The notes under the pieces: generated by a model
Told to the model about the DNA's origin: nothing
Databases searched by the model: none
Seen by the model: the letters and a program-made list of their open reading frames with translations, nothing else
DNA from: Klebsormidium nitens
Taxonomy: Eukaryota; Plantae; Klebsormidiophyceae
Reading direction: 5' to 3'
Assembly (NCBI GenBank): GCA_000708835.1
Contig: DF236953.1
Coordinates: forward strand, 296,990 to 360,989
Length of the DNA: 64,000 nt
Shown: one piece after another, positions 21,632 to 32,902 of the stretch
Layout: each line of letters begins with the position of its first letter
Position numbering within the stretch: position 1 is the first letter of the stretch
Translations under genes and position numbers: made by a program

Positions 21632-24600
21632 ATGCACCGGCAGCCAATGAGCAGCGTCGGCAGCAGCCTGGACGAGTACGGCAGGGCCGAGATGGAGTGC
21701 GACATCCCCCGCGTGCCCAGCGAGCGCTCGATGAGCTCAAAAGGGGCGACTAACGGACTCCGCACCCCCAGCCGCCGCACGCCCTCCCCCAAGCGCTTTG
21801 AGAAGCACCCCCTGCTTCGGTTTTTGACCGGACAGGCGCTCCTGAACGTCCTGCTAGCGGTCTACATCGTGTTCACCCTCCACTACTTTTACAGCCAGAA
21901 CACCCTGAGCTCCTCGGGGTGCATTGACGCGATGTCGGGCGCGTCGCCGAACGAGCTGCAGTACGTGCACAACCAGGCGCGCCCGGTGTTGTTACATAGC
22001 AGTAGGAAGGTGCAGGCGGGGATCGTGAATGGGTGGCACGATCCGAGGACCACGGTGGCGACGTGTACGACGCACTGGGCGAAGGGGATCGACAGGGTGG
22101 CGGCCGAGAAGCTGAAGAAGATGAGGATCTTCTTCTCGCTGAACCTGCGGGACAACGATGGAGGTGAGCCTTGCTCCTCGTCTTTTGTTCTGCTGGTGTG
22201 GAGATGTTGGGCTCTTGACTACCTGAATGGAGGTGCAGTTGTTTGAAGTGGATGGGAAGCCTGCTAAGCTTCAATGCCAACCCTTGATCAGTGATCATAT
22301 ACAGAGCTTTGCTCATTGTAAATGTTTAGATGGGGCTCATTCAGGGTGTTGTCGATCCGCCTCAGCTTTGTTGCGCTTGCTGTCGCGGCGCTTACTTTTT
22401 TGGGGTTGTAGTTGAACATGATGATTAAGCACTGCTCTGCTGAGGTGGAAAGTTTACCTGTATCTGTTGGACTCTAGGCTCAATTCTCTCTTCTACCTTA
22501 AAATGCGGACCTGGAGCTGTGTTATCTTGCATCTGCGAGATTTTGTTCATCCATAACATTGGTATTTTGTAACAAGTTTGTTGGTTGAATTGCGTAACTG
22601 CGTTCTTCTGCGCACGTACCACCACATATTGCATGATCGTATGCTCTGAGAGGAGGCCCCTGCGGGTGCGCTCCTCCAACCTAGAAGAGTTGTGGGTTAG
22701 GAGATGTAGCATATGTGGCAAACGTAGAATAAGAGGCACTGCGACAAGCAGTTCTGACAAGAAGTGCGCCGTTCGCCGCAGAATCTAAGGAAGGGAACCC
22801 CCTTGTGCCTCATGTTCAAAACTTTGGTGGTGAAGCTATGGTGCCTTGCAGGGTTGCTTTTCATTGGCTCGAAAGCAACGTTGATTTCCGTATGGCCTTG
22901 CCAGTGTGTCGCTACGTATTCATTCGTCTGCTGTCGAGAGGGTTGGGTCCACTTTAGATAGAGTGACAAGATCGAGAAGATCAGTCACCGTCGAATCTTC
23001 TAAACAATCTCCACATGATCACTTAGACAATCTTCTTACGCAACCACGGAACCCCAGAACCACCTGACGGGTCCGTTAACCGAGACGTAAGCTTGTTTAA
23101 TTATCCGGTGGGGTACAAAGACCTCGTTGCCCAGACCCCTGAAAACTTCTTTGCAGTCACGGCGCACCTGTTCCATGAGCTGACCCGGGTTCTGGAGCGG
23201 CTCTCTCCCCACAAAACGTTTCTCTCCATCTACGAAAGCGGGTCCACAGACGCAACTAGTCTGAGGCTGGAAACACTGGCGGCTACGCTGAACGGGATGG
23301 AGATCCCGCATTCAATAGTCGCGAACGGGATCGAGAAGCATGTGCACGAGACACGCATCGAGTTCCTGGCGAAGGTCCGGAATAAAGGGCTTGCTCCGCT
23401 TTTGCGACAGGTGGGTATGACCGCGGTTGTTCTTTCACAAGTCTTGTCTGCTGCTTTGTGCTTGTCGTTTTGGCTTGAGGTGGTCTGTCTTTCCCATGAC
23501 CTGCGTGATTCAAGGGTCTTCTGCAAACCTTTCAGGGGCATGAATTGTTGAGAAGCAGCTCGTATGCCCCTTCATCAAATGTTTCTGCTAATAAGAAAGT
23601 TGGAATGCTGCTTACGTTAGGCTATAGGGCTTCGTCTCCTGCTGACTTCTGCTCTTTAGCTGCCACGTGCCTTCTCAGGTTGTTGGCGTTTGGACAATTC
23701 TGGCTGGTAAGCAGATCAGAAGAGCCAAATTGGACAGTCGCTCTATGTGAAGCAGATGTAATCATAGACCTCACAGATACTGCATTGGTTTGTCTACGTT
23801 CTAGTTTACCACTTCCCTGGTTCGTGCAGATCTGGGACGGCCCTCACGGCAACGAGACCGGGCGCTACTTTGCGATGCAACCATCGTCAGAGAGCCCCCT
23901 CACGGGAATCGACGTCTGGTCTGACGATCGTCAAGTTCTGGGAATAGAGCTCTACACGGGAAAGAACAAGGCCGGCCGGTTTGGCTCTCCGGGGGGGGTC
24001 AAGCGGTCGCTGCATCTAGAGTTGGGAGAAGAATTTGTCGAGGCGGAAGGGAGCGGGGAAAACCAGGTTTTGTCCCTGTGGATAACGACGAGTCAGGGGC
24101 GGAAGGTGGGGGGAGGCTGTGCCACGTGTGTGCGCCAGTGGATGACGCGTGGAAAGAGGCTATTGGCCATCGCGGGGTTCGGGGGGTGGGGCTTTGAGCT
24201 GCAGCCGGGCGTGAACTCGATCAGCTTTGCGTGGGAGCTGCCACGGCAGGTGCGTTATTCCTGGCTCAGGGTTTACCAATCAATCCCTAGAAAAAACATA
24301 TAGGGAGCTCGTAAGCTTCGGATATGATTACTTCTTTCATGAAAGGCCGCGGTTTGTGGTAGCTTAGACTGTGCCGGAAGGTCGCGTTCTGATGGTTGAG
24401 GTGGAATCTACTCGGTCGCATCGCTCAGCGAACCAAGGACTCCTTCTTCGTTCCGGGAGCCTTCCCGAAGTTGGACGACATTCAGGCTTTCTGCTTCGTG
24501 AGTGGGCTTTCAAAACCCAGGTTCTCTGTCTTCTAGAAGCGTCCAAGACAACTCTGACCGTCGCACCTTGTGCCTGCACCCTGCTACGCCTAGAGCAACT

Positions 24601-27600
24601 CGTTTTTTTTTCAGCTTCGTAAGACGCACTGAACCCCTCATGAAGTCTCAAATTGTTCTTGTGCCTTCTTGTCACCAAAGAGGAGACCCTTCGGGGATGC
24701 CGCCAGCTTGAGCAGCCTATGCCCACTGTAAAGGGTGCGAGTCCCCCACCTCCTATTCCCACCATATCAGAGCTGATTCCCTTCATATTTGCAGGCGCGG
24801 AGATACGACCGCGTGGTCTACCTGAATGACGTCTACTTCTGCGCCGAGGACGTCATCCTGCTGCTCATGCACGACACCGCGCACATGGCGACAGCTGTCG
24901 ACACGCTCGGGGTGCCCCCCGAGGCGAACGCGACGCGGCTCTGGATGTACGACTGGTGGGTGGCGCGGGACATCGACGGGCAGACGATGAAGGTGCCGTT
25001 CCCGCCAACCAAGGTCAACCAGAGCATCAAGTGGTGAGAGTGTAGACCATTCCATGCTACTTTTGGGCTTTGGGGGTTCAAAATAAGAGCTTCGAATGTA
25101 TGACTGGTTGGTGGTGGCGCGGGACATCGACGGGCAGACCATGAAGGTGCCGTTCCCGCCAACCAAGGTCAACCAGAGCATCAAGTGGTGAGCGTTCGGC
25201 AGTTTGCGTTCTTTTAGTCGCTCTAGGGTTTCCGAATCTTGTAAATCAGCGCTTTGAAGTGGTAGGTGTGAAAGTGGTGAGTGACCTGCGACATTTACGG
25301 GCAGACGATGACGGCGCCCTTCCCGCCGATACAGGTCAATTAGAGCATCGGACGGGAAGACTATAAGCAGTCGTTTGGGCAAACTTGCCTTGGCTTTCGG
25401 GTTTGTTTTTGGTCTATGGATCTCCGCTAAAAGTACTGGTGCAAGCCCCTTCCCGTGCAACGAGATTGTGACTGTGGTTTCGCGGGTGTTCTACAGCAAG
25501 AAACTCGACTCCCCCTCCAGCCGCCTTTAGCTCCACAAACCTTTTACCAATTTGTTTGCGCAGGTTTGAGGAGGGCAAGCCCATTCCCGTGTACTGCTCG
25601 AGCAACGGGGATGAATGACGTCGACCTGCATCTGTTGTCCCACAAAAACATCTAGATTCAATCCCGCTTGTTGATTAACCACCTCTATTGACACTAACCA
25701 GATTTCGCGTGTACAGGTTTGAGGAGGGCAAACCCATTCCCGTGTACTGCTCGTGCAACGGGATGGTGAGCGTCGACTCGCGCATATTCTACGACAAGAA
25801 GCTGACGTTCCGGTCCAAGAGCTGGCACGGGGAGTGCTCCGCATCCGAGTACTCGCACTTTTGTGCGGACGTGTGGAGAGTCTACGGTCCGGACACGCGC
25901 ATTGTGATGGACGGGCGGGTCGTTGTGGCCTATCAAGAGCAGGAGGTGGGTTGTACTCTCAGATATTTGGATTTATCATTTGGGCTTGATGCATCTGCCT
26001 TCATGAGAGTTCTTGGGTCATGAGACCAGGTCTTTTATGAAACGGGACTTGGGGTTTTTGTTAGAAAGGTATTGTGCTACGGATGAAACTTGGTGTTACC
26101 GAATGTGCTTCGGCCTACCAAGAACAGGAGGTGGGCTGTCCGGAATGTTATCCCGCGCTAGAACCTGAGGTATGGGTTTGTTTTGAGGTTTGAGAATAAA
26201 TTGGCAGGTAGTTGTGGCTTATCAGGAGCAGGTGGGCCGTACTTTGAGATCTCGGGATTTAGGTTCGGGTTTGATGCAACGGTTCTCGTGAGCGTTTTGG
26301 GGTTAGTAGAGCTGCTTTTATGGAACTGGTTTTGGGGTCTCGAGTGTACTCTTGTAGTAGGGATGTCGTGCTTCGGATAATACCTGATGCATGTCGAATG
26401 GTCATTGGCGTATCAAGAGCAGGAGGTGGGCCGTCCTCAAATCAGACGATGTAGGGGTTGAGGGTAGGGTTATGTTTTTTGTTCCATAGCGGACGGGCGG
26501 GTTGTTGTGACTTATCAGGACCACATGGGGGGCTGTCCGGAAAGGTCACGGCTTTAGGATTCGGGTTAGAACTTAACCCTTGAGGTTCGAGGGTGATATC
26601 CGGGTGTTGGGAGAATGTCGTGCTTGCGGATGGGGAGATTGTGGTTTGCCAAGAGCAGAGAACTGGCCGGAGCCTGCTCGCTTAAACATACTCAATCTTC
26701 TGCCTTGCACTCCCACCGTAGATTCCTCACTTGTATGACCGCCTCAGGGCTTTGAGTTGCCTTTCGGCCCCTCTGTTCGCTGTGGTGGAGGCATGCAGCC
26801 AGTGACCAGCAAAAAGCGGTACCCTTTGCAGAGCTTCAGCCATTCCAGATGTGACACAAAGACAAAGCCCCAGCCCCTAAGATCTAAAAGTAGAAGGAAA
26901 GTCACCTGAGCTACAGTTTTTGGCTTCCCCTTGGAACGGAGTCACACGTTCATAGCTCACCCCAATTTTCCAAGATGTGGATCCACTACATAACTGCCAA
27001 CCTCAGATTCCAGAACCCCAACGTCGTCTCAGAAGATTCATCGGACCCACTTTCAAGTATTCGTACTGCAGTGGAGACACGTGGCCATGGCCCGCCGAAA
27101 AGCGGTCCCCCCCCACATGTCCACCCCGCAAGACGTGGGCATCCGACCAAACCCGTGGCTGCCTCTACCCCCCGTAGATCGCACCCTTGTGTATAACACG
27201 CTCAAGCATATACCAGCCCACATCGAACCACCCATTACAACCAGGTAAGGGTCTCTTGCTTTCTTTGACTAGTCACAAGCTTGTATGCTAACGAAGGGCA
27301 GCGATGAGATTGTTGATATGCTTAGATCTTTCCAGTCCGTCATGAGAATTGGCTTGTGACATCCGTGTGCTGGCTTTGACCGCTCAGCGATGAATTAAGC
27401 ACGACATCAAAATGCAATCTAGCGGCCAGCCCTCTTCTTTGATCCGCTCAGATTGTCTCTTGCTCGTTTGACAAGCTGCCTATGCTCCATTCTTCCGTTT
27501 CGGACTTCGTTCTTTCCTGCTCCAATTCCCCGCACCTCCCTCCCGTTCTTCGGTGCAAAACGAGCTATTCGTGGAGTCCTATCCTCGGCGCAGAGGATTC

Positions 27601-30600
27601 CGAAATCCGTCCCCTTCTGAGGCGCTTTCTCAACTGCAGCTGCGTACCGATTCACGAGGACAGCGCGCGCGAGGCAGTTCCGCGCTGGGCATACGAGATC
27701 ATGACCCCCAACCCGCTCGCGAGCCCGCCCAACGACTGGAAGTGGTCCGCGTTGAGCCAAATTCGAGACGGTGAGACCGTCGTGCTTTCCAACGTAGCAT
27801 TAGTGCCTTACCGGAACCGTATGGTTCCGAGTAAATAAATAAACTTTTGCCCCTCGGCCCCTCGGAAAGCTACATTACCTGTCTTCCATTCGATAGTGAT
27901 TTCCCGGATCAGTAAATTATCGCCGACTTGCTGTCGGAATCAAAAATACATCAACCTGTCACCCCCTTAGCAGCCTTTTGGGGGGCAAAATGCGCTCGGG
28001 AGCGTTGTCAGGGCGGATTCGGAAACAGGGTCGGATGCATTGAAATTATTTTTCAAAAGAGGTCGTAATCAATCAAATAATCGTCACTCTTGAGCATTTG
28101 GAATCATTCCGTTCCGGTGCGGTAAGCTCTAGCTATAGTAAGCTCCTACATCAACAATGAAAACCTACACTCAAAATCCAACCCACAGAATCGCCTGCTC
28201 CGTACGCATACCCACCCAAACCCCCAAAGTGACGTCATCACGTCCCAGACTGGTTAGCTTACCGTTGCGAAAGCTAATTATTGCACCTTCGAAGATCGTT
28301 CGCCTAAGTTTCCTTCTTGTTCGGATTCGTTGCATCATTGTGTCAATTTTTGGTTTAAAGATGCCTCGTACGGCCCAACGTTTTGACCTTTTCCGTGTGC
28401 CTGTTTCCTTTGCATCCGCCAGTTCAACCAGCCCCGATGCCACGAACTGTCATTCTAGGCTCTTGCATTAGAAGTGTTTGAGTTCGTGTTGAGTACTCTT
28501 TAGTGTCGCTACGTGACCTGCGAAAGTGTCAATTAGGCGTTCCCAATGTTACACCTTGAAATTCGAGCTCGTTAATTGCCGGACATGCTTAGAGCAAAAG
28601 TAACGAGGCGCAGAGCGGGAGACTAATCCTCGGCGCTGGAAAGAGCGACCCTAGCCCAACCTCTTGAACAATTTTCATTGCGGCGTTCGGTTTCGGGCAG
28701 ATTTCCGCTTCGCGATTCTCCCTGAAGAGAATCTTCTGTCCTTAGTCAAGGCCGCACAGAAAGACACCGGTCCACAGAATCATTGCGCCATTCCTACTTT
28801 CGAAAGCCTTTGGAAAGAGAGTGAATCTCGTTCTCCCGGTCAGAACAGTTTAAGGCTCGACTCGAGGTGTTTGAATCTGAATTGCAACCGAGGCCTTAGC
28901 TCAACCCGGTCCGTTCTTTGCAGACTGGAAGCTGCCGCGTGAGAGCGAGCCTGGTTTGTCTCTCAGTCACAACACAGCCGCAGGTGAGCCTTGGTGTTGT
29001 TACTCATAAGCCTCTTCTTCTTGCATCTGAGAACGCCGCTTTCCCTAGTCGCGAGCATGGGCTTCTTCGTTTTGATCTTGGCTACTTTGGAAAAGGCCGG
29101 ATCATATCTCGATGAGAAAGAACCGATCGTAAGGAACGGGCTAAGCCAATGTTTACCAAGAAGTGGGGGGCTCCTCGTCCACCTTTTGTTGGTACCTCGG
29201 GGAGTGTAGTTTTCAACGGCTTTCAGCAGCGATAGCTGGAAGAGTAAAAGCGCAGAGTCTGATCTGTCTCGGAGCCTTAGTCTATCCGTTCGCGGCTCCA
29301 TAATGAGATCATTTTCTTTCTTAGTCCTTCCCACTCTCGGGGTCTAAGCCTGTAAAGCCTGACACTCGGCCTCGGCAAAGAGCGCCTTCGCAGTGCCCGA
29401 AAGATCAGCACGCGTAAGCCCCAAAGGAAGAGCACTTTGCAGCGCATGAAAAGTCAGCACTCGTAATTCCCAAAACCTTATTCGCACCGTCTCTTCACAG
29501 GCCCTCTCAACGCGTACGGCTACCCGCTGTCGCCCCACGCGTCGCGGCTCTACAGCGGGAACGTAATCCGGATCGGGGAGGGCAGCCGGCTCGTCTCCAG
29601 AAACATGAAGTACATGCTGTTGTTCCAGTACGATCGCAGAGTGGTGACGTATCAGCTGGGTTTCCCGCTGAAAGCGGTGTCCGAGTGGCAGCCCGACACG
29701 CTGAGCAGCGTCCACGTGGCAATGCAGAGGGATGGTGAGCCCGCCACGTGGCATGCTTAGTTGTCCTTTCTGAGCCGGTTCTGCGTTTCGAGTGGCAGCC
29801 CGACACGCTCAGCAGCGTCCACGTGGCAATGCAGACGGATGGTGAGCCCGACACGTGGCATGCTTGCTTCGTCTTTTCGACATCTTTCCTTGAGTTCTGG
29901 TAGAACACGCCGAAGGGCGTCCATATGGCAATGCAGAGGGATGGTGAGCCCGCCACGTGGCACGCTTACTTGGCCCTTTTGACCTGTTTTTGTGTTCTGA
30001 GGGGAGCCTGAGAATGGCGTCCCTGTGGCAATGCGGAAGGACTGTGAGCCTGTAACGTGGCGTGTCCCCTTCGAGAGCAAAGGGAATACTGACGTATGGA
30101 TCTCTTCCTGTGCTAATTCCAGATTCTCAGTCAGCGAATTACCTTCGAAGCCAAGAACGACAAGCCAGTCCTCAACTCTCGCCTCTGGAGTGAAGAATCC
30201 CTTCCATTCTCGCGACTTACAAGCCTCATTTCTGTTCATGCAGGCAATGTAGTGCTGTCTGGGACGAACGGCGCCCCCAAATGGTCCTCCGAGACAGCCG
30301 CCGGGAACAAAGCGTACATGGAGCTGTCCAACAACGGAACGCTCGAGGTGCGGGTAGACACCAACGGAGCGTCGCGGCTGCTCTGGACTAAGTCCACCAT
30401 CGCCCCTCTGAATCCAAGTAAAGGTGCGGCGCTTCGTGACGTACATAGCATGCGTTATCTGCGTTTCCTTGTCTCTTGTTTTGCTTGGGGATATAGCATA
30501 TAGCATCTTGAAACTACCGTCGAGGCCAAAAAGGTGGTGATAGCCCCGTCCAAACGTTCGTGTCCTTTTCGTACGAAGATCGGTCGTTTGACCGGAAGAT

Positions 30601-31697
30601 TGCCCCTCGTGTCTTTGGAAACTGTAGAAGAAAGCGTCGAGGTTGGGAACTGGAGGGTTTCCTCACGCGTGTGCTTTCAAGAGGGCGAAATTTGATGTCC
30701 GTTTTCCTAAGAAAAGATGTCTGTGCTTGCTTAGGAGACGAGGATTGGTTTTTCCAGCACCCCAGGGGCGCTAGTTTGACTGGGCTTCTCAAGGCTTTCA
30801 AAAGATGGCTCATGTAGCGTTGCGGAAGTTGTGGCGGCGAATACTGTCGTTCGAGACGCTGTTTCGATGCCTCTTGAATGTAAGTAATGTTACTGAGTAC
30901 TTCTTCAGTAGTTGACAATCTCAGCGAGGAACTCGTCACAATCTCGATGCAATCAGACAAGACCTTTTCACTATGAGCATCTTCCTTTGCCGGCATAATT
31001 GATCAGGGCGTCGACACATTCGGTTGCATTTAAAGAGTGCCCCTGGATTACCTGGAGCACGTTAGAACAAGGCCTTGGTTTGTATGGACCTTACCTTAAC
31101 AAGCTCCTCAACCATTCACGGCATACTTCAAACGAGGCCTTTTCCCCTAAGGCCCTTCTCTTCTTCTTTGGAGCAGGCCCGGCTCCCATGGGCGTTGGCG
31201 GCGGCATTTTTGTTTCTTTAACGCTACTCGAGGGCGCGCATATAAACGAGGACTTAGGGGAGCTGTTAGAAGGGCTCTGTGTAAACATGGTCGGCCGCAT
31301 CTTCGTCTCGGTTGCAACTGTGGGGCCGACGAAATGGCCCCCTTGGCGGTCGGCCATGTCCGGTATTCTGATCGCCCATCTCGCGTCGCACAATAATACG
31401 GGGTGGTTTGAAACGGCCGAGGAAGCGGTTAAGTATCACGAGGGCAATTATCGGACGTTTGCGGCGGACCGCGAGGGCTTATGCTCGCTCCGGATCAACC
31501 CGGAAGCCAGGGGCTTGTACACCGGAGACATTCTGTATGATTTCGTGATCGAGTCGTTAGAAAGAAAAGACAAGGATTGCTGTGAAAACATGTTCCAAGG
31601 TGACGTGGAGCGGGTTAGCATAGATTGTAGTTGTCGAATGTGTCCGGAAAAAAGGCCCGTAAAAATAGCGGCTGGCAAAGCAGTAGGGACAACTTAA
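21632..31697 (+). CDS. Type II membrane GT69/CAP59 (cryptococcal mannosyltransferase-like) glycosyltransferase with an inserted jacalin-like lectin domain, a C-terminal bulb-type (B-lectin) domain and an unassigned final domain; ~970 aa. Exons: 21632-22163, 23157-23410, 23830-24249 (jacalin), 24795-25033, 25717-25945, 27072-27244, 27640-27770, 29501-29734 and 30244-30423 (B-lectin), 31177-31697 (tentative)
   Basis: N-terminal TM (LLNVLLAVYIVFTLHYFY). CAP59 motifs IFFSLNLRDN, FLSIYESGSTD, RIEFLAKVRNKGLAPL, YDRVVYLNDVYFC, YDWWVARDIDG, PVYCSCNG, FRSKSWHGECSASE...FCAD and VVVAY. All ten exons join in phase with canonical GT-AG sites. Exons 1-5 are solid; the links to exons 6-10 rest on phase and splice-site quality only. 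Confidence 0.85.
24945..25350 (+). repeat. Echo copies of the 3' edge and donor of GT69 exon 4
   Basis: gtggcgcgggacatcgacgggcagac(g/c)atgaaggtgccgttcccgccaaccaaggtcaaccagagcatcaagtggtgag is repeated at ~25115-25192 with one mismatch, and a decayed third copy lies at ~25288-25345. Confidence 0.92.
25440..25770 (+). repeat. Echo copies of the acceptor and 5' edge of GT69 exon 5
   Basis: caggtttgaggagggcaa(g/a)cccattcccgtgtactgctcg(a/t)gcaacggg at 25561 (echo, frameshifted to a stop) and 25714 (real), with a decayed copy at ~25441. Confidence 0.9.
25905..26660 (+). repeat. About five decaying echo copies of the 3' edge and donor of GT69 exon 5
   Basis: Variants of gttgtggcctatcaagagcaggaggtggg at ~25922 (real), ~26112, ~26211, ~26405, ~26500 and ~26637. 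Confidence 0.8.
29670..30070 (+). repeat. Three echo copies of the 3' edge and donor of the first B-lectin exon
   Basis: gcgtccacgtggcaatgcaga(g/c)ggatggtgagcccg at ~29708 (real), ~29815 and ~29917, with a decayed copy at ~30018. Confidence 0.88.
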
Positions 31698-32902
31698 GTT
31701 GTAAGGCATAATTTATGTACATTGGATGCTGCTGACTATGCGGGCTCAACCTGCCCCGACGTTAACCTTGGTCAAAATAGAGGTCAATTGAGGATCGTAC
31801 GGCTTAGGTGGTATCAATCTTCGGCTGAAGGTTTAGCAACCCACAGAAACGCAAGGCTATTGTTACTCTTTGTTTAAATTTGACGCGGTTAAAACCGCAC
31901 CTGTTCTTTAAGCTTCAGTAGCTCTTCCCGCAACCGACACGGTGGGACCGGCTTGACCGGTTGACGAACTAGCTATAAGTCGGTGCATCATGTCAATAGA
32001 CGTGCAGCGTCATGCTGCGAATCATTTGGACTTATCCTTTCGTCAGAGCCCGGGCGGCCGCGCGGCCTGCACATCATGCAGGCCGCCAGCTGTAATTGCC
32101 GCGCGTGCAGGTCTGCAACTCTACTAGATATACAGGCTAGATCGGCTTGTCCATGCAGATCAGTGCTTGGCACGTGCAGGCACATGTGCGACCCTTATCG
32201 CGAGAGCGGGCGCACTTAATTGCACTGCATGTGCTGAAAAACAATCGAGAGGAATTTAAATCGCGTCGATCAGATACAGCTGGCATGTGCGCATGTATAT
32301 GGCAGCTGTCATATATGCAACTAGTGCATGATAAGCTATACACATGTATATGTCGGACATGGGGACCGCAAGCTCATACATACATATACCTGGAGCTAGT
32401 ACTGTATCATTACGCGTGCAACTTGGCCAGGGCCGGCAAATGCAATTATAGTAACTTAACTACCAGCAAGTGCAGCTGTACGTTCCAGTTATCCGCGAGT
32501 CCTGATTCAAGCGCATGCCTTTGTACTATAAGGCAGCTAGACATGCACCATGAGCAGCGGACGGTCGACCGCATGCATGTCCACATCGGGCTGCCATCGA
32601 TCATGCACCGAGTCACATTCCGACGGTCAATGAACACTGCCGGCCGGGCCTTATAGTTTTTCACAGACGTTCAATATCTGTTTAATGTACGGGTCAGGAG
32701 TGCAAAACGTGTGCGTCGTTTTGGAAACGGCTCGACCATCATGAAGCAGGAAAACACGTGTCACTTTTGCACTGATCATTCAAGTGCAAGCAAATATCGA
32801 AATGCCATGCCTTACCTTGTGAGAAGGCGCATTGTTTGACATCCTTACACTGATATGAAAACCTCTTCTTAACGTTCTTCAATAGGCTTCCATACGCTCC
32901 CG

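Noticed and set aside
25905-26660. Regularly spaced repeats suggestive of a CRISPR-like array (also 55975-56950)
   Set aside because: The units are degenerate copies of adjacent exon edges in a eukaryotic intron; they are not invariant repeats with unique spacers, and there are no cas genes.
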